Shown here: piece by piece, positions 33,266-46,100 of the stretch
How positions within the stretch are numbered: the first letter of the stretch is position 1
Layout of the letters: each line of letters starts with the position of its first letter
DNA from: Tubiluchus corallicola
Taxonomy: Eukaryota; Animalia; Priapulida
Direction of reading: 5' to 3'
DNA length: 64,000 nt
NCBI GenBank assembly: GCA_030141605.1
Contig: JAQGDQ010000107.1
Coordinates: 552,569-616,568, forward strand
Notes under the pieces: generated by a model
The model's input: the letters and a program-made list of their open reading frames with translations, nothing else
What the model was told of the DNA's origin: nothing
Databases searched by the model: none
Program-made: the position numbers and the translations under genes

Positions 33266-34440
33266 AATTCTGCCTAAGATGAACTCTAAACTGTGTTTTT
33301 CTTATTTCAATTTTGCTTTATAAAGTTAAACAGTTCAAGTATCGTAGTTCTTTGAGCAATTCAAGTTTCAATTCTGCCTAAGATAAACTCTAAACTGTGT
33401 TTTTGTCATTTCAATTTTGCTTTATAAAGGTAAGCAGTTTAGGTATCGTAGTTCTTTGAGCAATTCAAGTCTCAATTCTGCCTAAGATAAACTCTAAACT
33501 GTGTTTTTGTCATTTCAATTTTGCTTTATAAAGGTAAGCAGTTTAGGTATCGTAGTTCTTTGAGCAATTCAAGTCTCAATTCTGCCTAAGATAAACTCTA
33601 AACTGTGTTTTTGTTATTTCAACTTTGCTTTATAAAGGTAAACAGATCAAGTATCGTAGTTCTTTGAGCAATTCAAGTTTCAATTCTGCCTAAGATAAAC
33701 TCTAAACTGTGTTTTTGTCATTTCAATTTTGCTTTATAAAGGTAAGCAGTTTAGGTATCGTAGTTCTTTGAGCAATTCAAGTCTCAATTCTGCCTAAGAT
33801 AAACTCTAAACTGTGTTTTTGTCATTTCAATTTTGCTTTATAAAGGTAAGCAGTTTAGGTATCGTAGTTCTTTGAGCAATTCAAGTCTCAATTCTGCCTA
33901 AGATAAACTCTAAACTGTGTTTTTCTTATTTCAATTTTGCTTTATAAAGGTAAATAGTTCAGGTATCGTGATTTTTGAGCAATTCAAGTTTCAATTCTGC
34001 CTAAGATAAACTCTAAACTGTGTTTTTGTCATTTCAATTTTGCTTTATAAAGGTAAACAGATCAGGTATCGTAATTCCTTGAACAATTCAAGTTTCAATT
34101 CTGCCTAAGATAAACTCTAAACTGTGTTTTTATCATTTCAATTTTGTCTTATAAAGGTAAATAGTTCAGGTATCGTGATTCTTTGAGCATTTCAAGTTTC
34201 AATTCTGTTTAAGATAAACTCTAATCTGTGTTTTTATCATTTCAATTTTGTCTTATAAAGGTAAATAGTTCAGGTATCGTGATTTTTGAGCAATTCAAGT
34301 TTCAATTCTGCCTAAGATAAACTCTAAACTGTGTTTTTGTCATTTCAATTTTGCTTTATAAAGGTAAACAGTTCAGGTATCGTAGTTCTGTGAGCAATTC
34401 AAGTTTCAATTCTGCCTAAGATAAACTCTAATCTGTGTTT
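33266..34440. repeat. 104-bp minisatellite, ~11 copies, immediately upstream of the acceptor of the ATG exon of the Gly-rich gene
   Basis: CAATTCTGCCTAAGATAAACTC... recurs at 33369, 33473 and onward. Confidence 0.93.
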
Positions 34441-34502
34441 CTATTACCACAGTTTTGATTTACAAAATTTTGCATTTCAGGTTTTGGTCCACACAATCCA
34501 CC

Positions 34503-36863
34503 ATGCGATTGGCAGTTGCAGTCACATTTCTAGCCGTAAGTTTGTTTGTTTTTTCAAAAAAACGGAAAAATAATTTAAACTTAAAAAACAACGCAACTTT
34601 ATTAAAAACTTTTGCATTAAAAAGTTAAAAGATGCCCTAACCCTAAACTTTTACCTTTTTAATATAAAATTTTTTAATAAAGTTGTGTCGTTTTTAACTG
34701 TAAATGATTTTTATGTGCCCAGAGTAAAATTGACTTAGAATTTAATTTTCCTAGAGAGACTAAATTTATAATTTACCGTTTACGTTGACTTGGACGTTGT
34801 AGTGTTATTTTGATTAGTATTAAAATGGACTGCCTATAAAAATCGTATCTGATTGTAAAATGCAGTTTTAAGGAACAAGTTAGAATTCATTTAAGGAATT
34901 TAAAAGTTTATAAATTTATTTTTTAATGTGAATGGTTACTAGAATACGACAGAGCTCTCCTGAGACCTGTTATCATTAATAGAGAGTAATGCCCTTTCGA
35001 GTCTCAAAGATTATAATATTTATTCAGAAGCTTTCACCCTAACGGTCCTCATCAGCTGAAAATAACAGATAAATGTTAAGACAGTTTGCCATTTCGCTGT
35101 TTAAAAGACTTTTATAATTGGAAAAAAAAAGATTCCTAACAATTGTAAGCGCGCCAACTGGAAAACGTCATTGCATCACGATCCCAGCGTGCAGCACTGG
35201 TTCACTAAAAACATATTATTGATCTTATTGACAATGTAAAGTAATTTAAACTTTTGCCAATTAGCGAAGAGTGTTGCTTAATTAACGATGAATATTTTTT
35301 CAAACTTTACGGAATTGAATTGAATCTAAATTGTAATGTTATCTAGACTTGTTCCAAACGACTTGCCCTTAAAATTGCTGTGTTCAACAGCCATCGCGGG
35401 TGCATAAATTTATATTCAGCGTTACTACTGATGCAAACTCAGCATGCAATAAGACAGAATGTAAGTGATGGCAAATAAATTTCGAGATGAATTTTTAAAT
35501 CTTTTTTTCTGAAAAATGTTTTCTGGTGCAAGAGATGATAAGTGCATTGCAAATGACAACAGTCAGTTAGTTAACCGGTTGGTCGCTCAATCTATCAGTT
35601 GTCCTCTCAATAATTCAGTCTTTCAATCAGACAATCGGTCGATCAGCCAGGCAGTCAGTCAGTTAGTCATTTGGTACAGTCTAGATGAAGTAAGCACAAT
35701 TTCCAATATGAAAAATTAATCTGAATATTCTCCATACGTGCAGACTAATGCATGTCAATGAATAATTAAGTAAAATCTCACACAAAAAAACAAACGAAGT
35801 TACTGAACTGATGTGGCAGACGGCTTTTTGATCTAGTCCAACAACTGAAGTGTTTTCTTGTACTATCCACAGATGATGGCTGTCGCCTGGGCTAGCTACG
35901 ACGACGACATCAAGTATCCTTGGACACTTGGTGAAAGACATTACATTGGACACATACCTGGCATTGCTGGCGGTTATGGCGGTGGTGGCGGCCATGGTGG
36001 CGGCCATGGAGGCGGACATGGAGGCGGCCATGGTGGAGGTTTTGGTGGTGGAGGTCACGGAGGTGGCGGAGGAGGCTACGGTGGTGGCGGTGGAGGTCAT
36101 GGAGGTGGCGGAGGAGGCTATGGTGGTGGTGGTGGAGGTCACAGAGGTGGCGGAGGAGGCTACGGTGGTGGCGGTGGAGGTCATGGAGGTGGCGGAGGAG
36201 GCTACGGTGGTGGCGGCGGAGGTCATGGAGGTGGCGGAGGAGGTTATGGTGGTGGTGGCAGAAGCCATGGAGGAGGTGGAGGAGGTGGAGGATATGGTGG
36301 CAACCAAGGTGGTGGAGGTGGAGGCTATGGTGGCAACCAAGGTGGCGGCTATGGTGGCAGCAGCGGAGGTGGAGGCTACGGTGGCAACCAAGGTGGTGGA
36401 GGTGGAGGCTATGGTGGCAACCAAGGTGGCGGCTATGGTGGTGGCAGCAGCGGAGGTGGCGGCTATGGTGGCAGCAGCGGAGGTGGAGGCTATGGTGGCA
36501 ACCAAGGTGGCGGCTATGGCGGCAGCAGTGGAGGTGGAGGCTATGGTGGCAACCAAGGTGGCGGCTATGGTGGCAGCAGTGGAGGTACGTTTGATTAAAT
36601 TTTAGTCTTTGCATATTTATCAAAAGTTTTGGTAAAAGTTTGCTCAAGGTCAACTGTAATACTATTGTAAAATCAGCAATTTAATGTTGTGAAATTGTAA
36701 ATTTATAATTATTTTGACTCTGTATAGCAAAATGATTTAAGTCTGTTAAAATTGTTGGTATTCCGTGCAAAGTAACACACGAAATTCTGATTCACCTGTA
36801 CAAGTTTTTGCTACTACTACATGCACGCATCTCTCCCTTACCAGAGTGCTGCAAGACTCTCTG

Positions 36864-36951
<88 letters not shown>

Positions 36952-36952
36952 T

Positions 36953-36998
<46 letters not shown>

Positions 36999-39900
36999 CT
37001 CTCTCTCTTTCTCCCTCTCTCTATTTCTCTCTCTCTTCACCTCTCTCTTTTTCTTTCTGTGTCTCTTTCTCTCATCCCTCCTCTCTCTTTCTCTTTCTGT
37101 CTTTCTCCCTAATCTCTCTCTCTTTTTCTCTCTCTTTCTCTCTTCCCCCTCTCTCTCTTTCTCTCTTCCCCTTTCTCTCTCTCTTCCCCTCACTCTTTTG
37201 CTTTCTTTCTCTCTTTCTCTCTTCCCCTCCTCTCTCTTTCTATTTCGGTCTCTCTTTTTCTCTCCCCCCCCTCTCTCTCTCTCTCTTTCTCTTTCTGTCT
37301 CTCTCTCTCTCTTTCTCTCTATTCCCTCTCTCTCTTCCCCTCTCTTTTTTTGCTTTCTGTCTCTCTTTCTCTCTCCCCCTCTCTTTTTGCTATCTCTTTC
37401 TTCGTGTAGTCGTAGCAGTAAGTTGCATAGTATATCAAAATTTCGTGTAGCATTACACGGAATACCACCCGTCAAAACAGAATGCACGTTTGCCTGAAGT
37501 AGAGTAGAGTTCAGTCTTGTAGATGACACATCAGATAAAAGCAGAAATTCTCTGACTGATAAGCTTGAACTCATAGTTCACACAGCCTTACTGCTTCGTA
37601 GCAACTTTGTGCAATTGGTTTGTGCTGCCCTAATACTTATTAAATTGCTTGTGAACAAGTGGACAGACACGTACAAATATTTGCCACATAGTCAGAACAG
37701 CCATCAATGGAAGTGAAAAACGAGGCCTTTAACATGAATAAAACTGTCAATGCCCTTTATAGTCTTAAAATAGATTATTTCTTTCTTTCAAGAGCTTTCA
37801 TTGTAATTGGCCTCAGCAGTTGAAAATTACAGACAAAATGTTAGAACAGTATAAACAAGTGTGCAAGTAAAAATTAAAAGCAAAATAGTAGCTAAAGCTC
37901 AAACTTATTAATCGAATCTATGAGTTTAGTACTATTTTTCTTCTAATTTTTATTTCCACACATCTATGTACAATTTTAACATTTTGTTTGTAATTTTCAA
38001 CTGATGAGGCCAATTATAGTGAAACCTACTGAAAAACAGAAATAATCGATTTTAAGACTGTAAAAGGCATTCAAAGTATTATTCATATTAAAGATGACAA
38101 GAGCTCCCTCATACGATATGACCTTTATACCAGTATTTGAGGAATATTACAGTTAACCCTTATAGGGTCACGATTTTTTACAACCGATTTTGGTAACCGG
38201 CAGGGGGGGGGTAAAAAGTTACTCCCACCATAATTCGTAAATTACTTTTGATAAACCGCCGGGTTTCATTAGTAAACAGCAACAGCATAATTTGTGGCTA
38301 TGCTGACCACCATAGGATACATTATACCTCTGCTTAAAGACATGTGACTTACTAGTAATACGAAATTTAAATTCACTTAGTTACGTTCCCTTGTCTATGC
38401 TGGAATAACTGTAGACAACCGAACATTGCTAGCGCGTGTGCAAAAATCATTGTTAGTTTGAATTTATTGTCTACTACTTTCTTCTTTTAGATGGAGTAAT
38501 TTGAGTAACTGACATTTTGTTTTATCAGATACGTCGCCCGTATAATGTATAGACAAGCGAAGTAAACTTTCGACAATTTTAAAAAATCGACATATTGCAT
38601 TTTCACTTTTATTTCGTGGTGAGACAATGCGCCTAAAATAAATAACTGAAAGTATTTTGTGCTCAAAACATATTTAGAAAGTCATAGAAAAGGTTTACTG
38701 GGATGCGTATGGTAAAAGGGTAAAATGCAAAAACCGGTCTGGGGGTAATTTTTACCCCCCTCCCCGCGTTGACCCTATAAGGGTTAAATTTGATGCCTGA
38801 AGTGCATACAATCAAAATATTATATCCACTGAATCTGTTACGTTTCTGACATTACGTACATTACTAGCTTACAGGCATTTTCCTCTAGACAGAAGTGGGA
38901 CACATTTTATAGGGCAAACCATTGTACAGCAAAGTTGTTACGAAACATGGGGGGATTATTGGGGTGGCATTTTATCAATCGCCTTTGTTAGTGTAAATAC
39001 GTTTAGCACTAAACCGACTTTGATAAAATGAAAGCACGATGATGTGAAAGTCGGGAGTAGAACTCAAACTTTTCCATTAGTCGCATTAATTTAGTTTTCT
39101 TCTCCTTTCTTTACTTCTACTTTTACTTTTAGTAACAGTCTTTGTTCCTTGCACCTTTCTTTCTTTAGTGAAGAATATCTTGTTTTAGCATTGTAATTGA
39201 TCACAAATTCATTTGCAAAAATCATGCTTGCCGGATATATCCTCTAGACCTACCAGCAATGATATATCTTAGAACTCCGAGTTTTGCATGCGTAGAGCAT
39301 GGTCATCGTCACTAGATCCACTAGAATTACCATAGTTTAATGACGTCATTAGATGCACTGCATGACATCACGAACGTGATGATCAGTGCAATGTAGCCTG
39401 CTCTGGATGACGCCATTTTCAACTGCACGGTAGATGCCTTCCCAGAATGCACTCTAGATACTCAAGTGACAATTATTTGAGCTCTCTTTCTTCCGCAGGA
39501 CGACGAAACTTTGGAACACAGGTTGCTTATGCACGTCAACAGACCCAAACGGCTGTCCGTCAAAGTAGCCTTGTCCAGCCTCAAGCCATCCGACTTCAGC
39601 CACAGGCTACTCAACAAATATCCCGTTCCCAGGTTTTCCAGCAGACGCAGGCCGTTCAACAGCCCCAGCAACAGACTCAGGTTGTGCAGACTTCGAGTTA
39701 CACACAACCCCAGCAACGAGTTCAGCCCGTTCAACAGTCCGGTTACACTCAACCTCAAACGCAGATCCAACCCGTCCAACCGACGAATGTCGTGCAACCC
39801 CAACGGCAGATAGGCTACACCCAACCACAACAGCCTGCCCAGTCGCTGCAACAGCAGACAACCTATTCCCAACCTCAGCAACAAACGCAGCAGCAGGCGA

Positions 39901-41404
39901 CCTATTCCCAACCTCAGCAACAAACGCAGCAGCAGGCGACCTATTCCCAACCTCAGCAACAGGTGCAGCAACAGTCTCCCACCTACAACCAACCTCAACA
40001 GAACGTGCAACAACAACAATCCACCTTTTCCCAGTCTGCACAGCAGCAAAACTCATACTCACAGCCGGCAGACCAGCAGAATACTGTTGTCGGGTACTCT
40101 CAGCCAGCTCAGCAACAACGAACAGGTACTGAAACATTCACTCTTCACTATCCTGTTAAGGTCTTCCCCACCCCATTCATGCGTAGGGTTACAAGTCGTT
40201 CGTACAGGTTTGAACGCTTTATTTTCAGCCGGTTTAGGTAAACTAGATAGTGTAATTTTGGCAAGAAAAATCTCTTTCAGGATCATCATCATCAGGAGGC
40301 TATGGGGGCCAGTCTTCTGGTGGTATCGGTAAAACACTTGCCACCATGATGCAACAGTCCCGCGGTTATGGACAACAGTCCAGTGGTGGCAGCAACTTTT
40401 GTGGAGGTGGAGGAGGAGGTGGAGGAGGAGGTTATGGACAGTCGTCAGGTCAAGGGTGCAGTAGGGGCTCAAGTTCGGCGGGTGGGTATGGGCGTCAGTC
40501 ATCAGGTGGTGGACATGGCCAGTCTTCTGGGGGTGGTTATGGAGGACAACAGTCATTTGGTAGTAGTGGTGGTGGAGGTGGGGGTTATGGTCAACAGTCT
40601 TCGGGGGGTGGTTATGGACAACAATCATCTGGTGGTGGAGGTTATGGTCAACAGTCTTCAGGGGGTGGCCATGGACAACAGTCATCAGGAGGCGGTTATG
40701 GACAACAATCATCTGGGGGTGGGGGTTATGGTCAACAATCTTCAGGAGGTGGTTATGGTCAACAGTCTTCAGGGGGTGGTTATGGTCAACAATCATCTGG
40801 TGGTGGCTACGGACAGCAATCAGGTGGAGGTGGAGGTTATGGACAGCAATCATCTGGTGGTGGTGGAGGTTATGGACAGCAATCAGGCGGAGGTGGAGGT
40901 TATGGACAGCAATCAGGCGGAGGTGGAGGTTATGGACAGCAGTCATCAGGCGGAGGCGGAGGTTATGGACAGCAATCAGGCGGAGGTGGAGGTTATGGAC
41001 AGCAGTCATCAGGCGGAGGCGGAGGATATGGACAGCAATCAGGCGGAGGTGGAGGTTATGGACAGCAATCAGGCGGAGGTGGAGGTTATGGACAGCAGTC
41101 ATCTGGTGGTGGCGGAGGTTATGGACAGCAATCATCTGGTGGTGGCGGAGGTTATGGACAGCAATCATCTGGTGGTGGGGGTGGGTATGGGCAGCAGTCA
41201 TTTGGGGGTGGTGGAGGTGGTTATGGACAGTCATCTGGGGGAGGGGGATATGGACAATCTTCTGGAGGGGGACATGGTCAGCAATCCGGTGGTGGTTACG
41301 GACGACAACAATCAAGTGGTGGCTATGGAGGGAGATCAGTTGGCGGCGGGCAGCAAAACGGTTACGGTCAATCATCTGGTGGGAGTGGTGGGTATGGTCA
41401 ATGA
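34503..41404 (+). CDS. Secreted silk-like Gly/Tyr/Gln/Ser/His-rich block structural protein, ~831 aa; coding exons 34503-34535, 35873-36584, 39499-40125, 40281-41404
   Basis: CCACCATG start. MRLAVAVTFLA|GTAAGT joins in phase 0 to CAG|MMAVAWA-SYDDD, completing a signal peptide. Phase-1 GT-AG junctions at 36584/39499 and 40125/40281 keep the frame. Blocks are GGGHGG/GGYG, GGYGGNQ, Q/P-rich YSQPQQQ, and >20 GGYGQQS(S). Confidence 0.85.
35023..35060 (-). ncRNA. Minimal type-I hammerhead ribozyme-like motif (Penelope-type)
   Basis: The minus strand reads TTCAG-CTGATGA-GG-ACC-GTTAG-GGT-GAAA-GC-TT-CTGAA: stem I TTCAG/CTGAA, the core boxes, stem II ACC/GGT and a palindromic stem III. Confidence 0.6.
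36855..37400. repeat. (CT)n-rich intronic microsatellite
   Basis: Direct reading. Confidence 0.95.
37727..38093. mobile_element. Inverted pair (~165-bp arms) of Penelope-like pseudo-LTR ends, each with a hammerhead-like core
   Basis: 37727-37893 is an imperfect reverse complement of 37927-38093. The cores are TTTTCAA-CTGCTGA...GAAA-GC-TC-TTGAAA (-) and TTTTCAA-CTGATGA...GAAA-CC-TA-CTGAAAA (+). Confidence 0.65.
38157..38783. mobile_element. piggyBac-type MITE, 627 bp
   Basis: Perfect 14-bp TIR CCCTTATAGGGTCA / TGACCCTATAAGGG with TTAA on both sides, plus subterminal inverted GGGGGTAAAAA..TTAC motifs. Confidence 0.9.
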
Positions 41405-41873
41405 TAAGAATGCAACCATGAATTCACCGGGTTTTGTCTGCTCACCATCAGTAATGACAACTGGCACAACAGTGGTGTTTTGGTTTTGCACAATTCAAGA
41501 TTAATATACTGACAATTTACTGGGAATTGGTTTCTGCCTACCAATCATAGTGTCTGCCGTCTCACTGCAGGTGGCGCTGGACAGGATAAATACGTTTCTC
41601 GCTTTTTGGCTATTAATACTCTTGCTAATCACAATTGGTACTGAGCTTGTGCAAGGTCCTAATGGCTGCACGCTTTGGATGCTTTTCTTTCGTCACAGCA
41701 AAGTGTAATTGCTATCTGTGGTGCAACTTTGTCAGCCGATTCGTGTATAAGTTTCTTAGGACAACACTCAAAGGGTGTATCTCAAAGGAAACGAGAGTTC
41801 TCTTACACTTTCTTGTATAAGGATGTAGTTTAGAGTAATTTAACCCCCACTCCCCCTTTAGTAGTAAGTACTA

Positions 41874-42246
41874 TGCTCATATTTCGGTTTGGCACGCAAA
41901 AACGGTGAGAGATTGGTTCGGATTTGCCGATTGTCCGAATTTTCCGATTAATACAGCCAGCGCCGTGTATTAGACTTACGGTGATGTACAGAATCGATCG
42001 CCTAATTGACTCAGAAACGTCTAGTACGGGCCGTTGCTATGCAAAAGTATATAAAAACTGACGGCAATTGACTGTAGTTTTATACATAGAGATATATTCG
42101 TGGCTACACTAATGTAATGATGTAAACAAACTGACGTGTCGCCCACTAGCGGTCATCTCGCGAAATAATGGACTGTGTCCGTATTATGCGGGACCTTTAG
42201 GAGACCAGATTTTGTCAGGTTCTTCCGTCAAACCGAAATATAAGTG
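41874..42246. mobile_element. Tc1/mariner-type MITE, ~370 bp
   Basis: TA|TGCTCATATTTCGGTTTG ... CAAACCGAAATATAAGTG|TA: near-perfect TIR with TA flanks. Confidence 0.7.
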
Positions 42247-44689
42247 TATATTTTAATCATTGCACGTAAAGTAGTATTAAGAATGATTGTGTTTCGAAGC
42301 ATGTTTAAATGATCTTTTGCAACCAAGGTTGTCTCTAAACATAATTCTCATCTAAGATATTTAATATGCAGAAGTTCATCATTAAAGATTTTACTACTAC
42401 TACTACTACTACTACTACAACTACTATTACTACTACAGCATAAGTATCTTCGTAATTGCATTTTAAACTTTGGCACTTTGGCACTTCTATACTTTATAAC
42501 AAGAATTGTATTCTTTTTTTTCTTTTGCTCACTGGAACAACGACTTGGTCAGTGACTGAATGCACTTGCAAAGAAAGTTCAAATGTCTTCTAGGCAAGAA
42601 TATTGAAAGGGGTAAACAAGTGTGTGAACCTACACGGAGAGTTTGCATGAAATTCCTGGAGAAAAATTAGTTATCTCTTAGTTTTAGGGGTGCACGTGTG
42701 TTTATTTGTCACCAATGCATGCAGGTTTTGAATGCAGTTAAGTCTCCAATGGGTTAGAATGCTACTGAGTATTTTGTAGTTTTAAAAGGACATAGCTTAT
42801 ATCTATATTGCATTTGTCAGCCATTTTTTATTTTTAGGATAGATTTGTGCTTTTTGTTTTTGGATAGATATTTCAATTATGAATGTTAGTATGCCCCTGG
42901 GTTGATTAGTAAGCATTAGTTCCTTAAACTTAGCTTTCATCTTGTGTTTCTGAACTGTTCTATATTAGGTCTTTCAATGGTTCTTCTAGTGTTTGTGTGT
43001 GATTATTGAGCATGTTGCATTTCTTCGTACAGCTTAGAGCATGCGCAAAGCTTTAATTCTTTTTAGGCCAGTGGCGACATCTATTAGCTGGTTATGTTTT
43101 GGTGCAGGGAAAATGTTTTTAATCTTTAAGCTTAATCGTTATTGTGATGCAATTCTGGTAAAATATTTGTTTAAACTACCTAATGTTGCTATGGTACAAC
43201 CTATTTTTTTAATTTACTATCCGCTACTTACCGTTACCGTTAGACGATCAGTTAAAATTCATTAGTTTTCACAGCTAGCGACATCTGTTGGTAAAATTAC
43301 AAGTTATTTGCAGCAAATGTTTAAGAATAGGTTAAATTCGAACAACTAGTCAAAATTCATCAGTGTTTTCATAGCTAGTGACATCTGTTGGTAAAATTAC
43401 AAGCTATTTGCTATAAATGTTTCAGAATAGGTTGAATTCGACTCGTATTTGAATAATTCACTAATAAAATTTTGTTTCATTTTAGGCTATCAGGGATAAA
43501 CAATCTTGGCTATCTGGACACTCCAACTTTTCCAAATTCTTACTAACACACAGAGCCAACACTTCAAGACAATCTAGTTCACAAGTCTCTGACTTGAACG
43601 TTCCTCTGAACAACGCCATTTCTAATGACACGGTGCTGCCACCAAGCGGGTTGAGATGAAATTTTTATTTTTTGGAGAAAAGGGCCTAATTCACCTTGAG
43701 CTTACTAATGTTGTAATAATCTTACAAGTGAGCGAAGATACCGTTGTGCAATTTGATCTTATTAACATGCTAGATGTTACAGGAATGTGAAGAAATGATA
43801 ATACCGAGAAATGGCACAAAATTTTTGTTAAAATTATTAGTATATCTTGTTCGTTTTCCTTTATTAATAATTTTCTGAAAAACTTCGAATTTACTGTCTA
43901 GTAACTTTCGATTTTTTTTACTAGTTTTCATCACCATGCAAAGATTTTATACCAAAATAATTTTAGAAATAATTACTCGTAATTAGTAGTAGGTAATCAC
44001 GAAAAGTTACTGTGATATCATCACATGTTTCGTCATATTTTACTAACTGTAAATCTAATTTAACCATTAATCAACTCACGTAACAATTGCCATCCACAAC
44101 TCACTAGTAAAAAGCATCTAGAGTTGTTTTCTCTATTTGTTTGTTTTGTATCAATACATCACTTTGTTGTAAATTGTTGTAACTAGATGGCGCTTACATT
44201 GACTAAAACAGGCAACGTTTACGTTTGCAGATAAAAAGGAATCAAAGAAAAAGTGAATGAGATAAAACAGAAATTCATTTTTGCAATGTGCTTTAATTTC
44301 GTCTGTACATAGTAATGCTTAACGTAAGTCAGAACAATGGTTGTAAATGTTTTAGTGCTAAGAATGTAGCAGAGCCTAGAGATACTAACAGAGTTGAAAT
44401 GCACAGTTGTTAAATTGTTAAGTTTTTTTGTTCTTTTGTGCCATTAAAGTTTCCTGTAAGTATTACTGTTTTAATAAACATGTTAAGCCAGTGGAAATTG
44501 TAAAAGATGTTTTTGCATTTTTATGGAATTCCAACAGGGTAAAATAAAAAAAAAACGGAAGAGAAGATACTAAAACGCAACTAAACAATATAAACAGCAA
44601 ATAGTGGAACGAAATCCGAAACGAACAGTACAATAATGAAATTTTAATGAAGGAATCAAACAATAAGTGATCGAGATATAACAAAAATG

Positions 44690-46100
44690 AAGGATTCAAA
44701 CAATAAGTGAATAAGGTAGAAGAGAAATGAAGCAATCAAACAATAACTGAATGAGACAACACAGAAATAAAGGAATCAAACAATAAGTCAACAAGATAAA
44801 AGAGAAATGAAGGAATCAAACAATAAGTTAACAAGATAGAAGAGAAATGAAGGAATCAAACAATAAGGTAACAAGATACAAAAGAATTAAAGGAATCAAA
44901 CAATAAGTTAACAAGATACAAAGAATTAAAGAAATCAAACAATAAGTTAACAAGATAAAAAAGAATTAAAGGAATCAAACAATAAATGAATAAGATAGAA
45001 GAGAAATAAAGGAATCAAACAACAAGTTAACAAGATACAAAGAATTAAAGAAATCAAACAATAAGTTAACAAGATAAAAAAGAATTAAAGGAATCAAACA
45101 ATAAGTTAATAAGATAAAAGAGAATTAAAGGAATCAAACAATAAGTTAACAAGATAAAAGAGAATTAAAGGAATCAAACAACAAGTTAACAAGATAAAAG
45201 AGAATTAAAGGAATCAAACAATAAGTTAACAAGATAAAAGAGAATTAAAGGAATCAAACAATAAGTTAACAAGATAAAAGAGAATTAAAGGAATCAAACA
45301 ACAAGTTAACAAGATAAAAGAGAATTAAAGGAATCAAACAATAAGTTAACAAGATAAAAGAGAATTAAAGGAATCAAACAATAAGTTAACAAGATAAAAG
45401 AGAATTAAAGGAATCAAACAACAAGTTAACAAGATAAAAAAGAATTAAAGGAATCAAACAATAAGTTAACAAGATAAAAGAGAAATAAAGGAATCAAACA
45501 ATACGTTAACAAGATAAAAGAGAATTAAAGGAATCAAACAACAAGTTAACAAGATAAAAAAGAATTAAAGGAATCAAACAATAAGTTAACAAGATAAAAG
45601 AGAAATAAAGGAATCAAACAATACGTTAACAAGATAAAAGAGAATTAAAGGAATCAAACAACAAGTTAACAAGATAAAAAAGAATTAAAGGAATCAAACA
45701 ATAAGTTAACAAGATAAAAGAGAAATAAAGGAATCAAACAATACGTTAACAAGATAAAAGAGAATTAAAGGAATCAAACAACAAGTTAACAAGATAAAAA
45801 AGAATTAAAGGAATCAAACAATAAGTTAACAAGATAAAAGAGAAATAAAGGAATCAAACAATAAGTTAACAAGATAAAAGAGAATTAAAGGAATCAAACA
45901 ACAAGTTAACAAGATAAAAAAGAATTAAAGGAATCAAACAATAAGTTAACAAGATAAAAGAGAAATAAAGGAATCAAACAATACGTTAACAAGATAAAAG
46001 AGAATTAAAGGAATCAAACAACAAGTTAACAAGATAAAAAAGAATTAAAGGAATCAAACAATAAGTTAACAAGATAAAAGAGAATTAAAGGAATCAAACA
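44690..46100. repeat. 40-bp satellite (GAATCAAACAATAAGTTAACAAGATAAAAGAGAATTAAAG) with a 120-bp higher-order period
   Basis: ATAAG, ATACG and ACAAG unit variants alternate in a three-unit cycle from ~45400. Confidence 0.95.

Noticed and set aside
35681-41504. Antisense and alternative-frame ORFs over the Gly-rich exons (His-rich, Ala/Thr-rich, Val-rich)
   Set aside because: They are shadows of the Gly-rich frame, which alone fits the splice phases and the signal peptide.
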